Assembly (NCBI GenBank): GCA_965235115.1
Contig: OZ249443.1
Location: 11,594,001-11,658,000, forward strand
Reading direction: 5' to 3'
DNA: 64,000 bases
From: Laetmonice hystrix
Taxonomy: Eukaryota
A program made the position numbers and the translations under genes. Under the pieces are notes generated by a model that worked only from the letters and a program-made list of their open reading frames with translations, was not told where the DNA came from and made no database searches. Shown here piece after piece: positions 1 to 11,032 of this stretch (position 1 is its first letter; the number at the start of each line of letters is the position of its first letter).

Positions 1-1485
1 TGTTTTTACACATTCTCTTTCTATTTAAACCGCCCACCATTCGGTACAGTCATTCTAACAAACTACTCTAAAGGAAAGTCAGACTGCAGACGCTAGCTTA
101 AAACCAGATAATAAATTAAGTGAAACTTGAAAGTTGTACCAAGCGACAACGTCCTTTATCGTATGGAAATTGGACGGCAGTAAACGAATTGGGACGATAA
201 TTTGGAAACCTTTCTAATAAGGCGGCGAGAGCAGTCGATGCTGGTGGCGCCGCAATGGGCAAACTGAACCTAGAACTTTTTATGTTCGTTTCGTCTCGCG
301 TTTGCGGCTCGGAAATTGAAGCCCCCCGCGCTCTGGCCGCTGCACCAGGAGCAGCGGCCGCCTTGTGCCTTGATCTGTACATAGTTTATGAGGCAGTCCC
401 TTAAAGAACTTGCCGGTCTCGTATGCAAAGGTAGGCATTGATCACTGGGTATGTACATAATTCATGAAAGGAACTTTATAACTCACTGCCGCACCGCCCC
501 GTTGCCAAGGTCATGCCCCTCGTCCGCTGCTGCCCAGCAGACATTGCGATGTCCTTGGAGCTCAGCTGGAAAGATTGCTACCACAAATATTGCCACCGTG
601 CCCGGCACTGTTCAGGCTGGGCTCTCTCAAATGGGCTTCTTCATGTGCAAAAATGCCTAGGCAATCATGTGTAATTCTTTTCATTATTTAGTTGCTCACA
701 TGACAGGATTATGAATTGGGTTATGGGGCGTTCGTTGGAGTATACAGGGCTCTGATAGGAAGCGTTCGTGTAATTATTTCAGAACATATTTTTATTAAGA
801 AGCGCTTATGTCAGGCGAAAACAAATAGACGCATGGAAGGACTGACAAAGGGTAATTACTGACTGAAGGGGGATATTGATTGGGGGAAAGGAAACATCCA
901 AGATCCTCAGAAAGAGGACTTTCTCCAATAATGTAGCCATGGCATTTCACATGCAATTAGGCGATGTGCACAGTTCGTGGAATTACTTCCCTACTCGTAC
1001 GTACAAAGCAGAATTCATCTGTGTAAGTAGGAAAATTTCATTTCATTTCTTTTATTTCTTTCAATTTTTAGAATATCTCGTGTAAGAGCTGTTTCTTTGT
1101 AGTTCTATAATAGAATGTGGGCACAGTTGTAGAGGAACCATTACGGTTTAAGTTGGTATTTAGCATCAGTTTCCGGTTTCCGGTACAGGAATTGTGTTAC
1201 TGGCCGGATGATATTTTCCTTAATTTAGGGTCAGAGAAGGCAACAAAATGTCATTTTGTGCACATAATACAATTGTTTTCCATCCAGGGACAGATTGCAC
1301 TGTTGCATTCCAGCGGCACAAATGGTACAGCGATGTCTTACTATTTTAATATTCAAAAAAATGATAACCGACATATTTTAGCATTGACAGGTATAATTGA
1401 AATGGATATCTGGAGAAAATGTTGACGCAGCGCTATCATGGAGAATCCAGGTGTAGAGAGACATCAGCGCTCGCTGGTATCTATA

Positions 1486-1557
1486 CACTCGCAATTAAGT
1501 AGTGATCACCTAATCACCACTTAGGTGATCACCCCAGCACCACTTAATTTTGGAGTG
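1486..1557. mobile_element. Short fold-back (MITE-like) element
   Basis: Outer arms cactcgcaattaagtagtg / caccacttaattttggagtg, with a perfect inner stem gtgatcacctaa-7nt-ttaggtgatcac (1502-1532). Confidence 0.5.
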
Positions 1558-1822
1558 AAAAAGGAAGATGGATTAATTGGCAAATTCTGGAAGTTTGCCG
1601 GTGGCTGAACTAGACTGCTACTAGGAAGTGTCCTCAATCTGTGCTTCGGGCGGAGCCTGTAGCAGCAAGAACTTAATTACGCAGCGAATGATTGATTTGT
1701 CGCTCTTATACCCCATAGGTATATACTGCCATTTAACCTTGTAACATCGTAATAATTATTTTACATTCAGAGTGGGATCTATATCCGGGCCGGAATCCTG
1801 CACATCTGCACTGGTTTACTGG

Positions 1823-2324
1823 GTTGCAGACCACACAGGAACTCAGCCCAGAAACAATGATCATAATGGCTCACAGTGGGAAGCAAAATGGAGGCCCCGG
1901 TGGAGGTGTGAGCCCGGGTTTTCAAACATTAACTTCTGGTGTGAGCTTCAGCATAACGCTTATGATTGGCTGGTGCTTAGACCGGCCAATAGGAAGCGTT
2001 AAGTGCAATAACTTAATTTTTGACAAATCCGGCCCTGGCCGATGCATCTTCTATAGGCCCACTCTACCATCTGTTAATACCAAAACCCGTGCATTACCAG
2101 TCAACAGCCCGTAAACATTTGGGATAGTCTTGGGGTTGACACTGATGTGTTGCAGACCACACAGGAACTCTGTCTGTAAAGAGTGATCATATTGTTCAAA
2201 GTGGGAAGCGAAATGGAGGTCCCCAATGGAGGTCTGATCCCTTTCAAAGATATAAACTAATTATGTGAGCTTAAGCTTAACGTTTCTGATTGACTGGTGT
2301 TTAAACCAGCCAATAAGGACAGCG
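1823..2324. repeat. Two diverged direct copies of a ~175-bp unit (1823-1998 and 2149-2324)
   Basis: Both begin gttgcagaccacacaggaactc, share gtgggaagc.aaatggagg and end in ATTG...CCAAT hairpins. The offset is 326 bp. Confidence 0.7.
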
Positions 2325-2336
2325 CCACCTAGTGGG
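2320..2336 (-). promoter_or_regulatory. CTCF-like motif
   Basis: Reverse complement CCCACTAGGTGGCGCTG closely matches the CTCF core consensus. Motif match only. Confidence 0.4.
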
Positions 2337-2435
2337 CGAGAAGGCAGGCTTCCAAACAGTACCGTTCTACGTTTGACCCCCCCCCCCCCCCAGCTCCCCA
2401 CCCCCACTCCAGCCGTTGGTAAGGCATACAGGGCT

Positions 2436-3007
2436 TGTTCCGGCTAGATATGTCCGAACGGCTAGTTATGTCCGAGAGGATATATGTCCGAAAATATCGG
2501 CTAGATATGTCCGGTAACCCGGATATGTCCGCAAATATCAACCAGAGGGTAGGGTTCACTAGTCCGAAAGTTCACTAGTCCGAGGGTTCACTACTCCGAA
2601 GTGGGCAATAGGCAACCCTAACCCAAAAAACAAATATAACTAACCCTAAACCTAACCTTTACTCTAACCCATATAGGGGATTGGTCTGTCGCACCACTGG
2701 GCTGTCGGACTAACGCCCCCCTGAGGTTAACCCCCTATTTGCCCCATGTTCCCCTGCCATTGCCTACTGTCAACTTCGGACTAGTGAACCCTCGGACTAG
2801 TGGCCCCCCGGACTAGTAGGTAGTTCCCCAGCTGGATGTGTCCGGTAATCTGGATATGTCCGCAAATGTCAGCTAGATGTGGCGGTACCGGACACATCTA
2901 GCTGATATTTGCGGACATATCCATTTCTTCGGACATATCTAGCTGATGTTTGCGGACATATCTCCTATCGGACATAACTAGCCGTTCGGACGTATCTAGC
3001 CGGAACA
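2436..3007. mobile_element. Non-autonomous DNA transposon (MITE) with TGT...ACA ends and 5-bp TSD
   Basis: About 75-bp imperfect TIRs (tgttccggctagatatgtccgaacggctagttatgtccga... / ...tcggacataactagccgttcggacgtatctagccggaaca). GGGCT at 2431-2435 and 3008-3012. Internal gatatgtccg subrepeats. Confidence 0.85.
2547..2829. mobile_element. Second non-autonomous element nested inside the 2436-3007 MITE
   Basis: Interrupts the host subrepeats. Inverted cactagtccgagggttcact / agtgaaccctcggactagtg blocks near the ends and a central CCTAAC-like tract. Confidence 0.6.
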
Positions 3008-5362
3008 GGGCTGTTCCAGAACCGCCGCTGTCAATGCAGGAACACTTCGTGCCCGTGGAAAATGCTCGGCTTCAATCTGCTGTACGAGTTATCGCAAGTT
3101 GCGATCGATTGACCATTCCCTTCGGGTCGATTTCCGATCAATAATAAATTTCACCATAAATGCCACAAAAGGTTGAAAATTAATCCCAGCCACTGGGAGC
3201 CGTGAACAGGGTTGATGAGGAGTTGGGATTAATTAGAAGATGTTCAGATGTCGGCTGGAACCAGCAGTGAGATGACAGACTGTAGGCTGACACCGCCACC
3301 TGCCGCATCCACAAACAGCCAGGCCCGGGCTCAGTCAACTAATGGTTTCTCCGGGTACTCCGGTTCCCTCGACCAGGACTCGCTATGACTGTGACTGTCG
3401 CTCTGTGAACACTGACTGATTCCAACGGAAATACCGGCGGAGAGTGCCGAGCCCACGGCACGTGTGGCTTGATCCAAGACCGAGTCGGACACCACAGGTG
3501 TTGACTGTGCGCCAACAGGGGTTGAAGTCCTTACTGTTTGCAAACTCCAATCAATATTTACAGAGGAGGAAATAGCAACTTCCAGTGTAACCTTATCCAG
3601 TGTCATTTTCGTGGAAAAGATGATGAAAAAAAGTAAGGTGAAATGACCGATCACATTTGAGAAACGTTTCGTATAGCATCAAATAGTGCGTAAAAATCGA
3701 AAGAGTAAGGCTATGAAATAGGGTAAAAATTCAAAGGTATGAAATTTTGGCATATGCCATCAATGTATTTCCTGTGTATAGTTATATTTAGAAGGTATTG
3801 ACAGAGAAGTGCAAGCCGTAGGTTGAGATAATTAGGTGCGGTATGTTTGGCCGCCCGCGACTGGCATGCAGACCTAGGCCTGAAATTGTAAACCTGAACC
3901 GACGCCCATTTCCCGGCCTCTTCGCAAGGCAGACGCTCTTAGACCATGGTATTGTATTTAATAGTAATTACTTTTAATCCTTGAAGCGTTTCGATGGAGG
4001 CAGGTGGTTACATCAGGAATGGGAGTAGACACTTTGTTTCCCGACGTAAGATGTTAGAATTGCTTTATTATAGGATTTTTGTTTTGGTGCAAAAGGCACG
4101 AATGTCACATATTGGGTGTTTTGTAGAAAGGCAATCGGCTAAATCCAGATTCTTGTCGACATTTACAAAAGAGATTATATTTAATTTGTGTAAGGCAGGT
4201 AACGGCGCCATCTGCCGGCGGAACAGCTTGCTACCGGAAACGGATATACGTCATTACGATGGCCATTTCTGATTGGTCAGCGGGGACCGGAAGCATTCAC
4301 ATCGTTCTCTCTATTTGTGTGGATTCATTACGTCAGCAACAGTTACAAACAGCCACTGTAAATAAAAGATTTCACATTTTGTTATTGTTTCCAACCCCGT
4401 GTGATCCCATCATATAATGAGGCGTGTATAGATTTCACCTCGGCCCACTTTCAGTATTGTTTTCATTAACTATGAATGCCAGTCAGGATGGGAACCTCTC
4501 TCACCGAATGTTAATTACTAAAAGAATATCACCACTGGGAATTACGGAAAGCGGATCATATTTTGGACACTCGAGAAGGATTAGTTAAGATGCCATGACT
4601 TTTTAAGAAGTAAAGTTCAAAATATTCAAATCCTACATGTATATCTCAGGGATACGAACAACCACCAACAGGACAGTGGGTTTTCTTTACCCCGAGTCTG
4701 CTCGAACGAATACCATGCCGTGCGTGGTCCATGCCGAGAGGGTCCCCCGAGGTTAGTTAGTATGTCGACCTGCGCCATGTAATCGCTTGTTGGAATAAGT
4801 GCAGATGGACCCCGGTCCCAGCTGTATCGCAGCCCAGTTTCATCTTTCCTGACCAATGGTTGGGAGAGGCAGGTGTGTGCAGGTGATATCACGGTCAATC
4901 CCCCTCTGTAGGAAGAAACAGCCGATGTGAATTGTACAAGGACATAGCTGGCTGTAACTGTCAGGGCGGGGGATGTAATTCGGTATGACCGTTTTGGGCT
5001 AATGGAGCCTGGGCTATGCGAGCACCAGAAATCAGATTACTCAACGGCCCGGCACGGGGCAGGTGCCGTGTGGCCGGGGAGGGATAGGGGGCTACACCGG
5101 GAAGGAGGCGGAGCAGGGGGAGGGGGTGGGACAGGGGACATTCTGGGGTTAGATTCCGTTAGGGGCTCTCCACTGTGGCGGGTCGCTGCGGGTCGCTGCG
5201 GGCGCAGTATTCCCACCACGTACGGGCAGGTGATCATGGTGACGGGGTGGGAGGCCCGGCTGGCCCCTCGACCAGCAGGGCGGGGCACAGGGGCAAAAAC
5301 TGCCGGGGCGTTAACACTCCACTCCCTCGCACATAACGGGTTAAACAATCACCGAGTAGCTC

Positions 5363-5641
5363 TCAATGACTCCAAAATGCAGGCATGGGCTGTTAGGTTA
5401 GATAAGGACTTAGACTACATCAATCAATAAATGTTTCCCCAGAAATAGAGAAATCTAATTAAATTCAACATTCATTGGCCATGTCAACAACCAGCCATGA
5501 GACTTTCGTTTCATGGCGACAACAGGCAATGGAAATGTTGAATTTCATTAGATTTCGCCATTTCTGTGGGTAAATATTTAGTTATGTAGTCTAAGGCCTT
5601 ATCTAACCTAACAGCCCATGTCTTCATTTTGGAGTCATTGA
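5363..5641. mobile_element. 279-bp fully palindromic fold-back element (MITE-like)
   Basis: About 130-bp arms, tcaatgactccaaaatg...catgggctgttaggttagataagg.cttagactacat versus its reverse complement, roughly 80% identical by eye. No clear TSD. Confidence 0.8.
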
Positions 5642-6347
5642 AACGAGAGATACTCTCTGATTGCTTTAAAGAAGACAGGTGAATTAACACCCTATACAGC
5701 GGGGCAAGTTATATACACTCACCCCATACAACGGGAGGGTTAAATTTATATATTATCATCCCCTACAACGGGGGAGGGGGTTAAATTATATATTGTCACC
5801 CAGTACAAGTATATATGATCATTCGATGCAACGAGAGTAGGCCTATACATTGCATCAGCAGCCGCTTCCCATACGCATCTATCTATCTCTCTCTCTGTCT
5901 CTGTATGGAGTATATGTAGGGACATCTGTATCGTAGTGCCGTCCCGGTATTGACTGCTGAAAGCTGCGTGCGACGATTGCAGACACAACAGACGCGGAAA
6001 TGGCCGTATATTACCATTCCAAGTCTGAGAGGATGTTGTTACACAAAGAAAGCCATTTTACGACTGAAGGATACCTGTAGTTTACCCAATAATGACTTGA
6101 AGGAGACAGAGGAGACAGAACCGCTCGGCCAGTAATTAGCCCCTCTCCAGCTCAGTCCGTTTCCCTGGGTAAGCAAGAATGAGAACTAAATGTATTGCTT
6201 GGAGTAAATTAGCGAAATCAGGGACGTGCTGTCTTAGGGAACTTCCGGGATGATTGTGAAAGTCTGAACACGGGGAGGGAGCTGGTATAGGAGAGTCAAT
6301 ACTACTGGACCAGGCAGAGTAACCTCTCGACACTATAGGCCAAGCTG

Positions 6348-8180
6348 GTCCCCAGTATAGTCAGCACTGTCGGGAGGTGTTAACTGTCCCGTATATAGTC
6401 AGCACTGTCGGGAGTTGGTAACTATCCCATATAGTCAGCACTGTCGGGAGTTGTTAACTGTCCCGTATAGTCAGCACTGTCGGGAGTTGTTAACTGTCCC
6501 GTATAGTCAGCACTGTCGGGAGGTGTTAACTGTCCCGTATATAGTCAGCACTGTCGGGAGTTGTTAACTGTCCCGTATATAGTCAGCACTGTCGGGAGTT
6601 GTTAACTGTCCCGTATAGTCAGCACTGTCGGGAGTTGTTAACTGTCCCGTATAGTCAGCACTGTCGGGAGTTGTTAACTGTCCCGTATAGTCAGCACTGT
6701 CGGGAGTTGTTAACTGTCCCGTATATAGTCAGCACTGTCGGGAGTTGTTAACTGTCCCGTATATAGTCAGCACTGTCGGGAGGTGTTAACTGTCCCGTAT
6801 ATAGTCAGCACTGTCGGGAGTTGTTAACTGTCCCGTATATAGTCAGCACTGTCGGGAGTTGGTAACTGTCCCGTATAGTCAGCACTGTCGGGAGGTGTTA
6901 ACTGTCCCGTATATAGTCAGCACTGTCGGGAGTTGTTAACTGTCCCGTATAGTCAGCACTGTCGGGAGGTGTTAACTGTCCCGTATATAGTCAGCACTGT
7001 CGGGAGGTGTTAACTGTCCCGTATATAGTCAGCACTGTCGGGAGTTGTTAACTGTCCCGTATAGTCAGCACTGTCGGGAGTTGTTAACTGTCCCGTATAT
7101 AGTCAGCACTGTCGGGAGGTGTTAACTGTCCCGTATAGTCAGCACTGTCGGGAGGTGTTAACTGTCCCGTATATAGTCAGCACTGTCGGGAGTTGTTAAC
7201 TGTCCCGTATAGTCAGCACTGTCGGGAGTTGTTAACTGTCCCGTATATAGTCAGCACTGTCGGGAGTTGTTAACTGTCCCGTATAGTCAGCACTGTCGGG
7301 AGGTGTTAACTGTCCCGTATATAGTCAGCACTGTCGGGAGTTGTTAACTGTCCCGTATAGTCAGCACTGTCGGGAGTTGTTAACTGTCCCGTATATAGTC
7401 AGCACTGTCGGGAGGTGTTAACTGTCCCGTATATAGTCAGCACTGTCGGGAGTTGTTAACTGTCCCGTATAGTCAGCACTGTCGGGAGTTGTTAACTGTC
7501 CCGTATAGTCAGCACTGTCGGGAGTTGTTAACTGTCCCGTATATAGTCAGCACTGTCGGGAGGTGTTAACTGTCCCGTATAGTCAGCACTGTCGGGAGTT
7601 GTTAACTGTCCCGTATATAGTCAGCACTGTCGGGAGTTGTTAACTGTCCCGTATAGTCAGCACTGTCGGGAGGTGTTAACTCTCCCGTATATAGTCAGCA
7701 CTGTCGGGAGTTGTTAACTGTCCCGTATAGTCAGCACTGTCGGGAGTTGTTAACTGTCCCGTATATAGCACTGTCGGGAGTTGTTAACTGTCCCGTATAT
7801 AGTCAACACTGTCGGGAGTTGTTAACTGTCCCGTATAGTCAGCACTGTCGGGAGTTGTTAACTGTCCCGTATAGTCAGCACTGTCGGGAGTTGTTAACTG
7901 TCCCGTATAGTCAGCACTGTCGGGAGTTGTTAACTGTCCCGTATAGTCAGCACTGTCGGGAGTTGTTAACTGTCCCGTATAGTCAGCACTGTCGGGAGTT
8001 GTTAACTGTCCCGTATAGTCAGCACTGTCGGGAGTTGTTAACTGTCCCGTATAGTCAGCACTGTCGGGAGTTGTTAACTGTCCCGTATAGTCAGCACTGT
8101 CGGGAGTTGTTAACTGTCCCGTATAGTCAGCACTGTCGGGAGTTGTTAACTGTCCCGATATAGTCAGCACTGTCGGGAGT
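6348..8180. repeat. Minisatellite, 36/38-bp unit, about 50 copies
   Basis: Unit (ta)tatagtcagcactgtcgggagttgttaactgtcccg, with ttg/gtg and TA-indel variants. No spacers. Confidence 0.98.
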
Positions 8181-8912
8181 TAAACAAGTGTCATAATATC
8201 TTTACCTTTTGTCAGTCAGTTTGTGGCAACGTGTGCATTGCCAGTGTTGCTCGTTTGTTTCAGAGGGAGAGAGAGCACTGTAAAAAAACGAACCCCTCAG
8301 AGGGGAGTACACTGTAAACAGCCACCACACTCAGAGGGAGGAGGGGATACACTGTCAAAGGTCTTGACTAATTCAAAAGCTCCACCTAATGAATACAAAT
8401 CACAGGGGTTAGTCGCATCATGGGTACAATGACTACAAACGTCACACGGTAATCTAATCCAACATTTATAAAGAGGCACTACGCTGATAACTCTCTCACC
8501 CGAGTCAGTGCAGCGTTTATTGTGACATGGCTGATGTTCATGTCAGAACTGTTAGCTCGCTGTCAACCTTGCCCGATGTCAGGGCCAGCCAGTCACGTTT
8601 GGCCGTGCCAGTTCTTTCGCGCAAGCAACGGGCGAATCACGGGCGAGATGACAGCCACCTTACGCCGTGAGCTGGCACCACTACAGATAAACCAATCAGT
8701 AGCCTTGTTTCAACAAGGCGCGCACGTAGGCCTACAGAAATGTGCTGAGTGTCCCATTACCTTGTCAGGGGCGGGTTCAAGCTTTTGTGAAGGCACGGGG
8801 GAGGGAGGGAAACGCTGGAAAAATAGTCCCCCGGAAACCTGCCAAAAGTAGTCTCCCCCTGGCAAAGGTGGTAGACCTATCTCCAAAAGGGATCAAGTAA
8901 GGAAATTCTAGA

Positions 8913-9052
8913 CCTCCCATATCAACAGTGTCCCTGTCTCTACTCCTTACTCCAGGTTCCTATACCTCCCATATAAACAGTGTCCCTGTCTCTACTCCTT
9001 ACTTCAGGTTTCCAGACCTTCCATATAAACAGTTGCCCCTAAACTCTACTCC
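8913..9052. repeat. 52-bp tandem repeat, about 2.7 copies
   Basis: cctcccatat.aacagtgtccctgtctctactccttac starts at 8913 and 8965, with a degenerate copy at 9017. Confidence 0.8.
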
Positions 9053-10485
9053 ATATTTCGTGGAGGTGTTCACATGGGGAAATAATCAAATTACCACCAG
9101 ACAATATTGGTAAGGGCAGCGATTGGAGAGATACACCACGTCTAGGGTCAGGAACACGCCCAAATCTATCCAATGGATTCCTACCCATCCACGTTGGTGT
9201 GTATTACGTCCTGTCTGCAGTCATATTGTTCCTTCATAAATCTACCTGACGTCGGGGCATTTTAAAATCCGCACCATCTGGACAACACGGCTGGTTTATA
9301 TGGAGTACTCGTACCTAAATCAGTCGATATAGATATTTATTTATTTCAAAGTTGATGTCATATCTGGGCTTGGATTTTGAAATGTAATAAATACAGAGGG
9401 AGAGTCAAACATGGTAAATTCAGAAAGCTCTATGGGGCAACGAAAACAAATGTGCCTACTGGATAACCCGCTTGGTGGACCCTGAGGGCGTTTTTAATTT
9501 TGGACACTCTCTTTAAATGCCGACTTAGAAAAAAGTCTGCACGAAACGAAAGTTATGCCGTGGGATGTATTGCACTGAGGTACATTCCCTGTACATGCAA
9601 GTAGTTTCCTGTTAAATTTATGCTGTCGATCTGATGCGTGAGTGTGGAGATAAAGAATATAGCGGGAGGCTTGTTCCCTGGTCGGGACTACACTGAGTTG
9701 CGACCATGTGTATAATCGACGCGCCAAGTCTAGATGCCGGATCTAGTATAATATCAGATCAAAGATAAAATGTTGGTACGACGGAAATCTGTGCTCAGAG
9801 ATTCCGTGACCGACAGCTGCCGGCCTGGAATATTTAACGGGACCCTGCGTTCTGTAAAATCCTCCCCAGAATCGGGTGGTCTGTATTGAAACCCTCCGAT
9901 CAATATTCCAATCCCACCACAACTGAAATTATTCCGACATTTCATTCCCGGACAAACGAAGACTGTGGGAATAACAGATGGCATCAAATTGCATCGGAGA
10001 ACCACTTTCAGCCAGTTTGAGCCAGTTTCGTGCGTTTTCGTGCGAACATATGGCGATTGGACCGTGTTTGGCGTCCTGGCAGCAGCTGTGCTCCTCGACT
10101 TCATGGCAGCAAGAAGAACAAAAAACACTTTTGGCTCATGTCTAGATGGAATCAATTTGTAAACTCACTGTTTCCGCGCAGAGCTCTGTGTATTGGTAAA
10201 GAACGGATCGAGACTGGACTTAACCTTGGACAGGCTGTCCTTGGACCTTGACTATGCATGTCGAGTATGATCAATATTTTTAAGACCATTAAATATATTG
10301 GGAAGTCGATTTTCATTGCTTCTCATCCTTTAACCTTTTCGTATCTGCCTTACCATATTCAGGGTCTATGAGAAGGTTTTATGGAAGGCAAAGTGCAAAT
10401 TCGGACGTTAGCTTTCTCAGGTATCCGTGCCAAGGAGCTGTGTGAATTGGTATCCAGTGATGCTGGCTAGTTATTGCCACTATTG

Positions 10486-10486
<1 letters not shown>

Positions 10487-10519
<33 letters not shown>
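10487..10519. repeat. (CT)n microsatellite
   Basis: Direct reading. Confidence 0.95.
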
Positions 10520-10521
<2 letters not shown>

Positions 10522-10943
10522 CAAACTCGCCCGCTTGGACTCTTCAGTGAACCCGGCAACAAAAAGACAAAAGACGGACACAAAAAAAGAAATGCAATTA
10601 ATTTCACGTTCGGTTTTGTAGGAGTGCCAAAGACATCACGCATCCGTGCTTCTGCTGGCTTCATTCTCCAATTGTATATATGTCTGATGGCGACCATATC
10701 CTTCTATCACATTCATCTTGACTGTGTGGAAGTCTCTTGTTGCCAAAGGCGGCGTGCTCAGTCTTTCAGTAGGGTACGACAACATCACTGCTGACTGCTG
10801 GAAGGGATGCGGGCCTGGTATGGGGGCAGGTTAACTTCATTATTTCAACCATGGGTGTCGGTGGGTTCGGGTCAACATGGGTTTAAAGTCTCTGTAACCC
10901 GGATGTTAGTCATGGGTTGATGAAGTCTCTGTGAACCGCTTCA

Positions 10944-11032
10944 GGGGCCAGTTGCATGACTGTCCGTTCGTTAAAATTCTCATTGAAAATACATAGGGAA
11001 CTTAACGAACGGAGAGTCATGCAACTGGCTCC
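10944..11032. mobile_element. 89-bp fold-back element with GGGGCCAGTT ends (PIF/Harbinger-like MITE)
   Basis: ggggccagttgcatgactgtccgttcgttaa / ttaacgaacggagagtcatgcaactggctcc around a ~27-nt core. Confidence 0.65.

Noticed and set aside
3344-3370. Isolated SINE core ggtttctccgggtactccggttccctc, and a degenerate tRNA-like head at about 3900-3950 (minus strand)
   Set aside because: Both are too short or degenerate to delimit as elements.
7711-8170. ORFs of 150 and 128 aa
   Set aside because: They are translations of the homogeneous 36-bp repeat.
6348-8180. CRISPR-like array (36-bp palindromic repeat)
   Set aside because: The units are contiguous with no unique spacers, there are no cas genes, and the context is eukaryotic.
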